From the NCBI GenBank assembly GCA_964016885.1, contig OZ024741.1, positions 270,320,001-270,384,000 on the forward strand: a stretch of DNA of 64,000 nt. Direction: 5' to 3'. Each line of letters opens with the position of its first letter. Position 1 is the stretch's first letter. The position numbers and the translations under genes were made by a program. This document shows positions 25,585-37,700 of this stretch, piece after piece. This DNA comes from Eledone cirrhosa. Taxonomy: Eukaryota. Below the pieces are notes generated by a model that was not told where the DNA came from, made no database searches, and saw nothing but the letters and a program-made list of their open reading frames with translations.

Positions 25585-28500
25585 CCCTCTTCCTGCTATA
25601 TCAAGCGTTAACCTAATATATACCTTCTATATACTGTACCGATTGTTTACCTTTTACATACACGCACACATATATATATATATACACATACACACTCAAT
25701 GAGATAGGTGACTGTGTGGTGAATACAACAGGTGAATGGTGAATGTATGTATTTGTTTATTTGTTTTTGTAGAGAGAATGGATGTTTATTTTTTCTCACC
25801 CAAAACCTCTCAAAGTTGTATAACAACCTTGAGATAACTCAAACTGTGGAGTAGTAGAGAAGTGTATTTGGGGTTGTTACACTGTTGGAGTTATATAGTA
25901 CTAGATATCATAGAGTTACTGTTCATGGAAATAGCTTCTCCACTATATCTCTCATGCTTCCCTCTATGTGCCTCTCTCCTCTAATTCTCTCTCTATATAT
26001 ATGTGCCTCTCTCTAATTCTTTCCTCCCTCTCTCTAATTCTCCTCCTCTATGTCCCCCCCCCCTCTCTTCCCCCTATCCCTCTACACAACCTAATTTTCC
26101 AAAAGTAAACATCCTTTCTCTCTCTCTCTTCTCACCTAACTCTTATCAATTCCTGCCAAAGACAATCACTCCATTGTTCAACTTTTATTTGTTTATTTAT
26201 TTATTTCTATCTCATAAAACCCTTTCTAACAAGAATACATCCAGGCTTTGCACTTCAATTTTCAAGATAATCAAGAATTATGATATGTTTGGTGAAAGAA
26301 TTATAAATAACTTTCACCTTAATAAAATACAAATGTTTACCTATTGACATCTTATATTACCTTTCATGAAACAACGAGCTCTTCAGTAAAAGATTTGAAC
26401 ACTTTAACCCTTTCGTTACACCACCACCCCACACCCCGCATGCTAATGTGGAAAATGGACGTTAACCCTTTAGCATTTACAGTACATTATATTTACTATT
26501 GTATTTTCGCAGGAAAGTTTTTACCTCCCATAATATTGAATCTATGAGATTTTGATATTTTTGATATTATTTATTTTGAGAACAATACCTTAACATCAGT
26601 ATGAGTGGCTAGTTACAGCCAGTTTGAACAGAAAGAGGTGAAAGAATTCTGACTGGATATGGCCGGTTTAAATGCCAAAGGGTTAAACAATGATTATGAT
26701 GATAATGATTTCTAATGAAATACATTCTTTTTACATTAATTAATGAAGAATTTTGATGGATTTACTAAAATTATTAATTCATTAGTAAGATAGTAACTTA
26801 ATGCAAGGTTCTGATATAAAATTATGTTGGAAGATTTTATTTTAAATTGGACACCTTTATAATGGGTGGTTTTATTTCATAGAACCAGAGCCGTTTTTGG
26901 CCCGGTTGGTAACTAAAGGGTTAACTCTTTGTAGCTCAGGATATTAGGATTAAAAAGAAAACTTCCATGCTTCACACCAGTTATATTTTTTTTAATTAAA
27001 CAAGCATTTCATTCAACTATTAAAGTGTTTGTTTTGATGTGAAATTATTAAAAACATAGTTAAATAAAATGAGATAATCTTGAGATAGGAATTGAAATAG
27101 AAGCTTTGCCATCACATTTTGACTAAATAATTGTTTCTACTTTTGGTACAAGGTCAGCAAATACTGCAGTGCATTACTGGTACTTTATTTTATCGACCTG
27201 TAAGGATGAAAAGCAAAGTTAACTTCGGCGGGATTTGAACTCAGAACATAAAGGGCCATAACTCTATGCTGCAAAGCATGATGTCTGATGCTGTACCGAT
27301 ATTGCCAATCCATCACCTTAAATAATATAGTCTAATAATGGGGCGTATAACCCATCTTTTTTATCATTCCAGCTTATAACCTCAGCTTTGTTAACCCTTT
27401 AGCATTTACATTACTTTATATATATTATTGTATGTTTGTGGTAAAGGCTTTATCTCACATAATCATTTCACATAATATCGAATCTATGAGATTTTGATGT
27501 TATTTATTTTGAGAACAATACCTTAACAGCAGTATGAGTGGTCAGTTACAGCCGGTTTGAATAGAACGAGGTGAAAGAATTCTGGCTGGATACGTTCAAA
27601 TGCTAAAACGTCAAAGTTGAGTTGTAAAGAAAATACTGGGACATCATATGTACTCTATTATGTGTTCCAGCTGAGAGGCTGAGGCCCCATCATTATGCTG
27701 TTCTATTTTTTTTTAACCCTCTGTGCCTCTCAAAAGGTTAATAAATTGTCATCATCGTCATCATTTTTACGCTCGCTTTTCCATGCTTGCATGGGTTGGA
27801 CGGGTCCTTCTCAGCTCAGCATCTCTCCACTTATCGCGTTTTATCATCATCTCCTCTGCCAGTCTTAGTGATTTGAGGTCAGTTCTCACAATCTCTGCCC
27901 AGTCTTTCTTGGTTATCCCCTACTGTGGCTTCCTTCCACTGGAATTACCTCGCATTTCTTCACTCATCGGTCATTGTCTATGTGCATCACATGTCCATAC
28001 CAACGCAGTCTCCTCTCCTGCACACCATCTTGGATTCCTTGCCCTTAGTTATTAATCATTCTCATTTTCACATCTACTTTCCATATTGATTACAGTTCCT
28101 GTTTGGAGTTAGTGTCCTCTTAGACAGATTGGGGGAGTATGTCTTGCTCATATATTCCATGACTTTTATGGCTAGCAGTTCTTCTTGACACTAACCATTT
28201 AACAGAATGATATTTTATCATGGCACTAGCACTTGACATGTCATGTCCTTAACAAGACAAAAGAGTCTTTGTTTCCAATTGCCAACCACTTTACTGAGTG
28301 TACTTGGTGTATTTTATCATGGCACCTGTAATAGAGATGTTGTTGTGTCGTCAAGACAAAAGAGCTCTCACTACCCTTTTTTTATTCCCATCACCAACCA
28401 CTTTACAGAATGTACTTGGTGTATTTTATCATGGCACCAGTACTAGAGGTTTCATTGCAAACCCCCCTCCTCATTCCACTCTACCATTTATCTATTCTTT

Positions 28501-29200
28501 CAAGGCAAATCAGTCTTGAAATTTAATTTGATGGAGAATGATGTCCATGTGTATGTGAAAGAATAGAACAGTTTTTCTCCAATCAACAACATAGTCCCCC
28601 AACCTCCTGGAAATAGTAGCCAAGTCTCCCACTGATCATGTTCTACAGTCATGAAAAAGAGAGGGAAGGACACATTTAATATAATGTAATCAGCAGTATA
28701 CGATGGTTGTGAAAAAAATGGAATGGTTATGGGTCAAATGCCTTCAAATATAAGTCTGCCTGATCAGAATTGACCTAAAACTAAACAGTGAGCGAACAAC
28801 ATAACCCTCTATATGATTGTTCCATTTGACAGAAATAGCAGCCAAATATCTTTAATATCTTAGAAAAATGAAGGGTACATTGAATAGTGTAATCCTAACT
28901 ATTCTTTCTTTTGTCCTGTAACTCTTGAGGGAGTTGTAGAGACACTGTATTGGCATAGGGTGTTTCTAGGGCACTTTTTAAACCTGGCAGAGCCCATCTT
29001 CTCTCCAGGTCTGAATACCACAAAGCATTCTATCCGACATTTTAACGACTCCGTCAATTCGCCGTTTAATCCTAACTGTTCTATGGTTGAAAAATAAACA
29101 AAAAGATATGGTGGTCATGTGGAATGCCTTCCATAATATATTTGCTCAGTCAGGAGCGACAAGGGGTTCAATGTCCTTACAAAAGGCACCATTTATATTA

Positions 29201-31583
29201 TGACAACCTCCCTAGTGTTAATCATAGGGAGGACTGTTCAGCTGTGCCAAGGACAAGACAACTTCCCTAGTTTTAGTGATAGGGAGGACTGTTCAGCTGT
29301 GCCAAGGACATGACAACTTCCCTAGTGTTAGTGATAGGGAGGACTGTTCAGCTGTGCCAAGGACATGACAACCTCCCTAGTGTTAATCATAGCGAGGACT
29401 GTTCAGCTATGCCAAGGACATGACAACTTCCCTAGTGTTAATGATAGGGAAGACTGTTCAGCTGTGCCAAGGACATGACAACCTCCCTAGTGTTAATGAT
29501 AGGGAGGACTGTTCAGCTGTGCCAAGGACATGACAACCTCCCTAGTGTTAATGATAGGGAGGACTGTTCAGCTGTGCCAAGGACATGACAACTTCCCTAG
29601 TGTTAATGATAGGGAAGACTGTTCAGCTGTGCCAAGGACATGACAACCTCCCTAGTGTTAATGATAGGGAGGACTGTTCAGCTGTGCCAAGGACATGACA
29701 ACCTCCCTAGTGTTAATGATAGGGAGGACTGTTCAGCTGTGCCAAGGACATGACAACCTCCCTAGTGTTAATGATAGGGAGGACTGTTCAGCTGTGCCAA
29801 GGACATGACAACCTCCCTAGTGTTAATGATAGGGAAGACTGTTCAGCTGTGCCAAGGACATGATAACCTCCCTAGTGTTAGTGATAGGAAAGACTGTTCT
29901 GCTGTGCCAAGGACATGACAACCTCCCTAGTGTTAATGATAGGGAAGACTGTTCAGCTGTGCCAAGGACATGACAACCTCCTTAGTGTTAGTGATAGGGA
30001 GGACTGTTCAGCTGTGCCAAGGACATGACAACCTCCCTAGTGTTAGTGATAGGGAAGACTGTTCTGCTGTGTCAAGGACATGACAACCTCCCTAGTGTTA
30101 ATGATAGGGAAGACTGTTCAGCTGTGCCAAGGACATGACAACCTCCCTAGTGTTAATGATAGGGAAGACTGTTCAGCTGTGCCAAGGACATGACAACCTC
30201 CCTAGTGTTAGTGATAGGGAGGACTGTTCAGCTGTGCCAAGGACATGACAACCTCCCTAGTGTTAATGATAGGGAAGACTGTTCAGCTGTGCCAAGGACA
30301 TGACAACCTCCCTAGTGTTAATGATAGGGAAGACTGTTCAGCTGTGCCAAGGACATGACAACCTCCCTAGTGTTAGTGATAGGGAGGACTGTTCAGCTGT
30401 GCCAAGGACATGACAACCTCCCTAGTGTTAATGATAGGGAGGACTGTTCAGCTGTGCCAAGGACATGACAACCTCCCTAGTGTTAATGATAGGGAAGACT
30501 GTTCAGCTGTGCCAAGGACATGACAACCTCCCTAGTGTTAATGATAGGGAAGACTGTTCTGCTGTGCCAAGGACATGACAACCTCCCTAGTGTTAATGAT
30601 AGGGAAGACTGTTCAGCTGTGCCAAGGACATGACAACCTCCCTAGTGTTAATGATAGGGAGGACTGTTCAGCTGTGCCAAGGACATGACAACCTCCCTAG
30701 TGTTAATGATAGGGAAGACTGTTCAGCTGTGCCAAGGACATGACAACCTCCCTAGTGTTAGTGATAGGGAAGACTGTTCTGCTGTGCCAAGGACATGACA
30801 ACCTCCCTAGTGTTAATGATAGGGAAGACTGTTCAGCTGTGCCAAGGACATGACAACCTCCCTAGTGTTAATGATAGGGAAGACTGTTCTGCTGTGCCAA
30901 GGACATGACAACCTCCCTAGTGTTAATGATAGGGAAGACTGTTCAGCTGTGCCAAGGACATGACAACCTCCCTAGTGTTAATGATAGGGAGGACTGTTCA
31001 GCTGTGCCAAGGACATGACAACCTCCCTAGTGTTAATGATAGGGAAGACTGTTCAGCTGTGCCAAGGACATGACAACCTCCCTAGTGTTAGTGATAGGGA
31101 AGACTGTTCTGCTGTGCCAAGGACATGACAACCTCCCTAGTGTTAGTGATAGGGAAGACTGTTCTGCTGTGCCAAGGACATGACAACCTCCCTAGTGTTA
31201 GTGATAGGGAGAACTGTTTAGCTGTGCCAAGGACATGACAACCTCCCTAGTGTTAATGATAGGGAAGACTGTTCAGCTGTGCCAAGGACATGACAACCTC
31301 CCTAGTGTTAATCATAGCGAGGACTGTTCAGCTGTGCCAAGGACATGACAACCTCCCTAGTGTTAATCATAGCGAGGACTGTTCAGCTGTGCCAAGGACA
31401 TGACAACCTCCCTAGTGTTAATCATAAGGAGAACTGTTCAGTTTTGCCAAGGACATGATAACCTCCCTAGTGTTAATCATAGGGAGGACTGTTCAGCTGT
31501 GCCAAGGACATGACAACCTCCCTTGTGTTAGTGATAGGGAGGACTGTTTAGCTGTGCCAAGGACATGACAATCTCCCTAGTGT
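29201..31583 (+). repeat. 55-bp tandem satellite, about 43 copies
   Basis: Unit gacaacctccctagtgttaatgatagggaggactgttcagctgtgccaaggacat; no spacers. Confidence 0.97.
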
Positions 31584-31778
31584 TGGTGCCACAGTAGAAT
31601 GCGAGGATGGTGAGAGGTCCCACATAAATACCTGCCACACTGTGACTAGCAGGAATAACAGACATTAAATGATGATGATGACTTATATTTCTTATATTTT
31701 CTTTTCTTTTATCTGTTTTTCTTTTCATCTCCATCTTGTTTATATATATATATATATATATTTTCTAATTACTTTCAG

Positions 31779-31989
31779 GTCTCCTCACTCTGACGAGCTC
31801 CGTTCTGTTCAGCCGTGGCGTGACTGCAACTGCAGAACAACGTCAGTGCCAGCGGCTATGTTTCCATGACCACTGCTTCCAAGAATGGTGAAGACATTCC
31901 AAGCCTACTTACCGCCCAAGTGCCATCGCACGTACAGCTGTGTGCATTGCCGTGCACATCTAGCTAACCATGATGAACTCATTTCCAAG
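31779..31989 (+). CDS. YPEL: YPEL first coding exon (5' UTR 31779-31884, ATG 31885)
   Basis: Acceptor ttctaattactttcAG at 31777-31778, donor GTaact at 31990; in-frame TGA at 31867 upstream of the ATG. Confidence 0.93.
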
Positions 31990-34722
31990 GTAACTAACTC
32001 CTCCATTACCTTTCTCTCTTCTCATAACCTTTCTCTCTCCTCATAATCTTTCTATTTTGCTCTCCTTAACTTTTTCCCTGCCTTCTTCAGCTTCTCTTTT
32101 CTCCTTTGTCTCTTCTTTCACATTTATCCTTCATTTACTGCTTTTTATATATATTTTTTGTTTTGTTTTGTTTCTTTCTTATATTTTTGTATTTTGTCAC
32201 TTTTGCTTTATTTTCTGGTGTCATTCTTTATCTTTGGATTTTCCTATTTTCTTCATTACTATTTTGTCTTCCACTGCCTACTCTGTCATCTGTCTACTTT
32301 GTCTTCCACTCCTTACTCTGTCATCTGTCTACTCCTGTCCACTTTGTCTTCCACTGCCTACTCCTGTCCACTTTGTCTTTGACTCCCTAATTTGTCACCT
32401 GTCTACTTTGTCTTCCACTGCCTACTCTGTCACCTGTCTACTCCTGTCTTCCACCCCCTACTCTGTCATCTGTCTATTTTGTCTTTCACTCCCTACTCTG
32501 TCATTTGTCTATTCCTGTCTACTTTGTCTTCCACTGTCTACTCCTGTCCACTTTGTCTTGTACTGTCATGTCTAGTTTGTCTTCCACTGCCTACTCTGTC
32601 ATCTGTCTACTCCTGTTCACTTTGTCATCTACTGTCTTCTATCAATTCTGGTTTCCTCTGTCTTCTATCCACTTTGGTAGTCTATGTCATTGTCTTTCCA
32701 TGTCCTATCTCCATTCTCTACTTGTGTCCTCCTATCTCTGTGTGTTTCACTTTTCTATAACATTATCTTCCTCTTGTGTCAACATTTTTGCCTGTTCTAT
32801 TTTGCTTTTTTCCTGCCAGTTTTTCACCTTTGTTCTTATATCAACTTACTTATGTCTCTGGAATCCTCGCCTCAACATACAGTAAAAAAACAACAAAAGA
32901 GGCAGGAAAAGAAACTATATTCAACTTACCCTGCCTACCTCATTCTACCCATCACACAACCAAACCCTGCTTGATATAGATTTGTAATGTTGTTGTCCCA
33001 GCCAGCATCAGAAGTAGGTCTCAGAGTGTTCTGGATCACTGGATCTCTCTACCTTTAATTAACTACATTTACATTATACATCACTAATATAGCTGCCAGA
33101 GAACTCTGCAACAAAACTAACAACTTCTCTATATTTTGTCTGCACCCTTTCGCTTAAAAGGATTTTTTAAATGGGGAGTCCATCATTGGGTAACCTCTTG
33201 TTGCAGTTGAATACACTGGAGTAACATGAAATGAAGTGTTTTGCTCAAGAATACAATACATAACCTGGTCCAGGAATCAAACCCATGACATTATGATTGT
33301 AAGCCCAACACCCTAACCACTATATCACACATCATCACATTATTATAAGGCCATCAAATTTTCTGAATCTTATTACAATCTCACACCTGACTGAGACAAT
33401 AGGGTGTCGGCTTTCAAGCCAAAGACTTGACTGTTCAAATCTTATTGTCAAGGCTGTGTTGTGTCCATGGCCAAGACACTTCATTGTTACTGAGGTTCAT
33501 CTCAGCTTAGTTATAAATATATATTCCACTGATATGATATATATTTCAATATAGTAGGAACTGAGTTTTCAAAGCTTGCAGTACTGAGCTCAAATCATCT
33601 TACAGATCTGGTATGATATATATTTCAATGTTGTACGTAGTGGGAACTGTGTTTTTAACCTGTTGACTGCAAAATATATTTTACACAGCTACAATTGCCG
33701 TACCATTTTTGTTTTCTTTTTTTCAGTAGAATGACTATTTTGATTGACAAACGTCACATCAGTGAACCAATCTAGCTTTGAAGTTATAAACTGTTGGAAA
33801 TGAGTTCATAATTTTGAACTTAGAAACTTTTGGGAACAAGTTCATAACTTTGAAGTTATGAAATGTTGGGAAGGAGTTCAAACATGTTAGGACGAGTTAT
33901 CTCATTAAAGCCTGCAATACTGGACTCAAATCATGATATATTTCTATGCTGTAAGTAGTGGGAGCCATATTTTCAAAGCTTTCAGTACTAAGATCAAATC
34001 ATCTGACACTCTTGTGTTACAGTCAACCTTGAAATTATAGCCAATCATTTGTCTTTTTTTTTATTGTAACAGCTGATTTATAGTCATACATCATATAGGG
34101 GTATATGTGTATATCATCATCATCATCGTTTAACATCCATCTTCCACACTAGCATGATTTAGATATAAATGTGTATATGTGTATATCTGTATAACAAAGT
34201 GCAGGGCAATAAAGATAGACGGTAGCCACGGAATAGGCAGACCTAGAAAAACCTGGGACGAGCTGATAAACTCCGACCTCACACACTTACACCTCTCCAA
34301 GACAATGTCACTGGACCGAGACCTCTGGCGGTACTCAGTAACAGAGAAGACCCGCCTTGCCAGTAGGCATCTCTAACAAAATACACCCCGTCCCGCCACC
34401 ACCCCCACCCCATCCACACCACCCCGTTCTATGTAAAGTTATGTTGGTGCCGCGCCATCCAGGCCGAAACAAATGAGATCGTGTAGGTGTCACGACAAAA
34501 AAACACACAGTCCACGCTGTAATGTGGCCGTGTAGGCAACACGGTAAAAACCTCCCAGACCCACACTGTAAATGTGGTTGGTGTTAGGAAGGGCATCCAA
34601 CTGTAGAAAACCTGCCAGACAGTCCTATGCGAGCAAGACAATCACTCTTGCCTCAAGTGGGACTACCCCCGTCCAAACCCATGCAAGCGTGGAACACGGA
34701 CGTTAAACGTTGATGATGATGA

Positions 34723-34760
<38 letters not shown>

Positions 34761-37700
34761 GGAATAGAATCAAACGAAATTTCATTTCTCACTCTTAGTA
34801 CGGCACTTACTTAAATGTAAGTATGTATGTATACGTACATACATATATGTATACAGACGTACAGTAGCATGTATATATATACATACAGGCATACATATAT
34901 ATATGCACGTATCAGTTTACCGAACATTTATTATAATGCTCGGTTTGTTCGTTTGTAAACAAACAAACAAACAGAATTACGCCGTACAGTGTTTAGGCAA
35001 CCACGTCACCTTTTTGTTCAACACTGACACAGGAACGATGTACTAGTTTCAAGCTTATTAGCTATCGTCAGCACCGTATACCCTTCTGGTTGAACGTCCG
35101 AAAGTATATACTTTCCTTATGAAAATTAACGGCTGAGCAGCCTAATTTGCATAAGTGAAATTTTAGTAAGTAAGTTAATTTTTATAATTTTCTTATTTTA
35201 CGTCTTTCATATAATTGTTCTGCATCCCCTTGCATTGAACCACAAAGTTACTAAGACAAAACCTATATATTTGCTAGCATAGGTATGCATCTGTATATAT
35301 ATCTTGGTAGATATACTAATTCTTTATATATATATATATATATATAAGTTTATCCCGGGTTCAATCGAGGTAACCACAGTAAGTAAGGTACTCAATGCAA
35401 GCAGAGTATAAATATATAATATAGAAATGGCTTCTACAGGACTAGAACTGTTTCATTCAGAAGAAATCATCAGGAAGCCCTTTATATTTATACTCTGCTT
35501 GCATTGAGTACCTTACTTACTGTGGTTACTCCCGATTGAACCCGGGATAAACTTATCTTTTAGCACTTTACTGTGCCCCTCTTAACCAGGGGTTCCTGAT
35601 GATTTCTCCTGATGATTTCTAGTCCTGTAGAAGCCATTTCTGTATATCTGTTAGAACACGAAAAGTGTGAAACAACAGAATGTTCACTTTTCGTGTTCTA
35701 ACATATATGCCTAGCTTTTATAAAAATTTTTCGGGGATAGCCGTGGTGGTGGTGATCGTATGTCATTGGCTAATTTTCAACCAATCAGAGTACCTCTCTC
35801 TATATCTCTTCCACTGTTACTTACGCCTGTTTCTCTCTATCTGTTCCGTCTCTATATATATCTCTTACTCTTTCGCTTTGCACTCCTCCCCTTCAATACC
35901 ATCTCTCCCCCTCTCTATATATTTGTTACTCTATCGCTGCACGCTCCTCTCCTTCAATATATCAATTACACACGCTTTACACTCCTTTATCCCCAGCGCC
36001 CCTATATATACACCCCCCCTCTCCCGCATCTATATTTTAATGTACCGTTGCACCGTGAATATATGTGTCTATATATATATACATATATATTGTATATACA
36101 CATTCATGTATGTGTATACACACTCATGTATGTATATACACTGGTTTTATGTGTGTATTGTAAATTTGTACTGTTAAAACACGAAACTAACATTCGATTG
36201 ACACTTTGATTACCTGTACAGGCAATAGTTATTAGAATGCTGTTGAAGTGTGTATATATTTTTGGGGGACATCCTGTATATACACACATTATATATAATA
36301 CAATAAACAGATAAATACACACATATATATATGAGCTTATTTAATTATAAATATTGTGAATTTTTAACTCAGTTCAATTATATATATAAATGGCTTCTAC
36401 AGGACTAGAACTGTTTCATTCGAAAGAAATCATCATAATATTGAGAGGGGGGACTAGATAAAATATTTCAAATCAAATGTGTATAAGTTATAAGTTAAAA
36501 TGTATAAATAGAGACGATAGTGGAGGTATATCTGTTTAGTGGAACAGTAGACGATAGAATTAAATACAGACGATAATCTCCCTTTAATGAAACAGCAGAC
36601 GATAGAATTAAGGCAATTTAAATTTTAAGCATTTGCATTTTTGCCTTTCATCGTTACGGGGTCGATAAAATAAAGTACCAGTAATACACTGTCACTAGAC
36701 GACTTTCAAATTGAATTGTTGGTTCCATTTCTTTAGTATTTTCAATTGTAGTTATCTACTTAAAAAGCGTTACACGGTTAGAGACATAATTCGTAAGTTA
36801 TATCTTCCCTATTAAACCATTGCATTATTTCGCCTACAATAGAACAAAAATGAAATGTTCTTTAAAGAAACAGGAATATAACTTTATAAAAAAAAAAGTT
36901 GCATCCGCTTCTTTTATCATTGATAATTTTTTCGTTTTAATATTAATTGTTTTTTGTAGTTGTTTATATTAAAAATCTTACTGTAATATTTACTTAAACG
37001 AAGGCAAACATCTAAACTTATAGATTAATCTTGAGCGAAGGACTAGATAAATCTCTCTCCCTCTCTCTCTCTCTATATATATATATATAAACGAAGAATG
37101 ATAAAATTTCAAGCAAAGAGTTTAATTAGGTATATTTTGTAATATTATTAACTAATTATTATAATTAACGCGCATATTTTGCTATCCTCAAACACGTTTT
37201 ACACATGGCATGAAATATAACTAATCCGAGATGGCTAGGTTTCATCTTCTAACTGGATATACGAAATCCATTATGTCTTGACAACAACATGAGGTAACAT
37301 TATGTTATTCACAGACACACTTTGTACACTGTTCCATATCAGAATGTATTTCCTTCGTCACATTCACAAACAGTATTGAAAATATGTTCTTCGGCAAATA
37401 AAAATGTTTTGTTCATAATATTTCAACTAGCGATTGCTCTACTCCACGCACGACCACCATAAATTAATGACCAGCTCAACACAAGTATTGGTAGAGCGTC
37501 AGACACCATGCTTTGCAGTATTGTTATGGTCCTTTGCATTCTAAGTTCAAATCCTGCCGAGGTTAACTTCGACTTTCATACTTACTAATTCGATAAAATA
37601 AAGTACCAGTAATGGACTGCCGTAATGGATTTGTGCCGAAAAATAGAAACACTATTAATGTGCAATAAGAGCAAAATATAACGACATTGCTCAATTATTT

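Noticed and set aside
26348-26394. Minus-strand CUGAAGA...GAAA hammerhead candidate
   Set aside because: No credible stem II or III.
29201-31583. CRISPR-like array (also 3049-4290)
   Set aside because: Contiguous tandem units, no unique spacers, no cas genes, eukaryotic context.
31786-31848. Hammerhead in the YPEL 5' UTR (CACU-CUGACGA...GUC-AGUG)
   Set aside because: No GAAA with proper stems II/III; a simple hairpin explains the complementarity.
35760-35790. Paired CCAAT boxes as an intronic promoter
   Set aside because: Short motifs with no downstream exon evidence.
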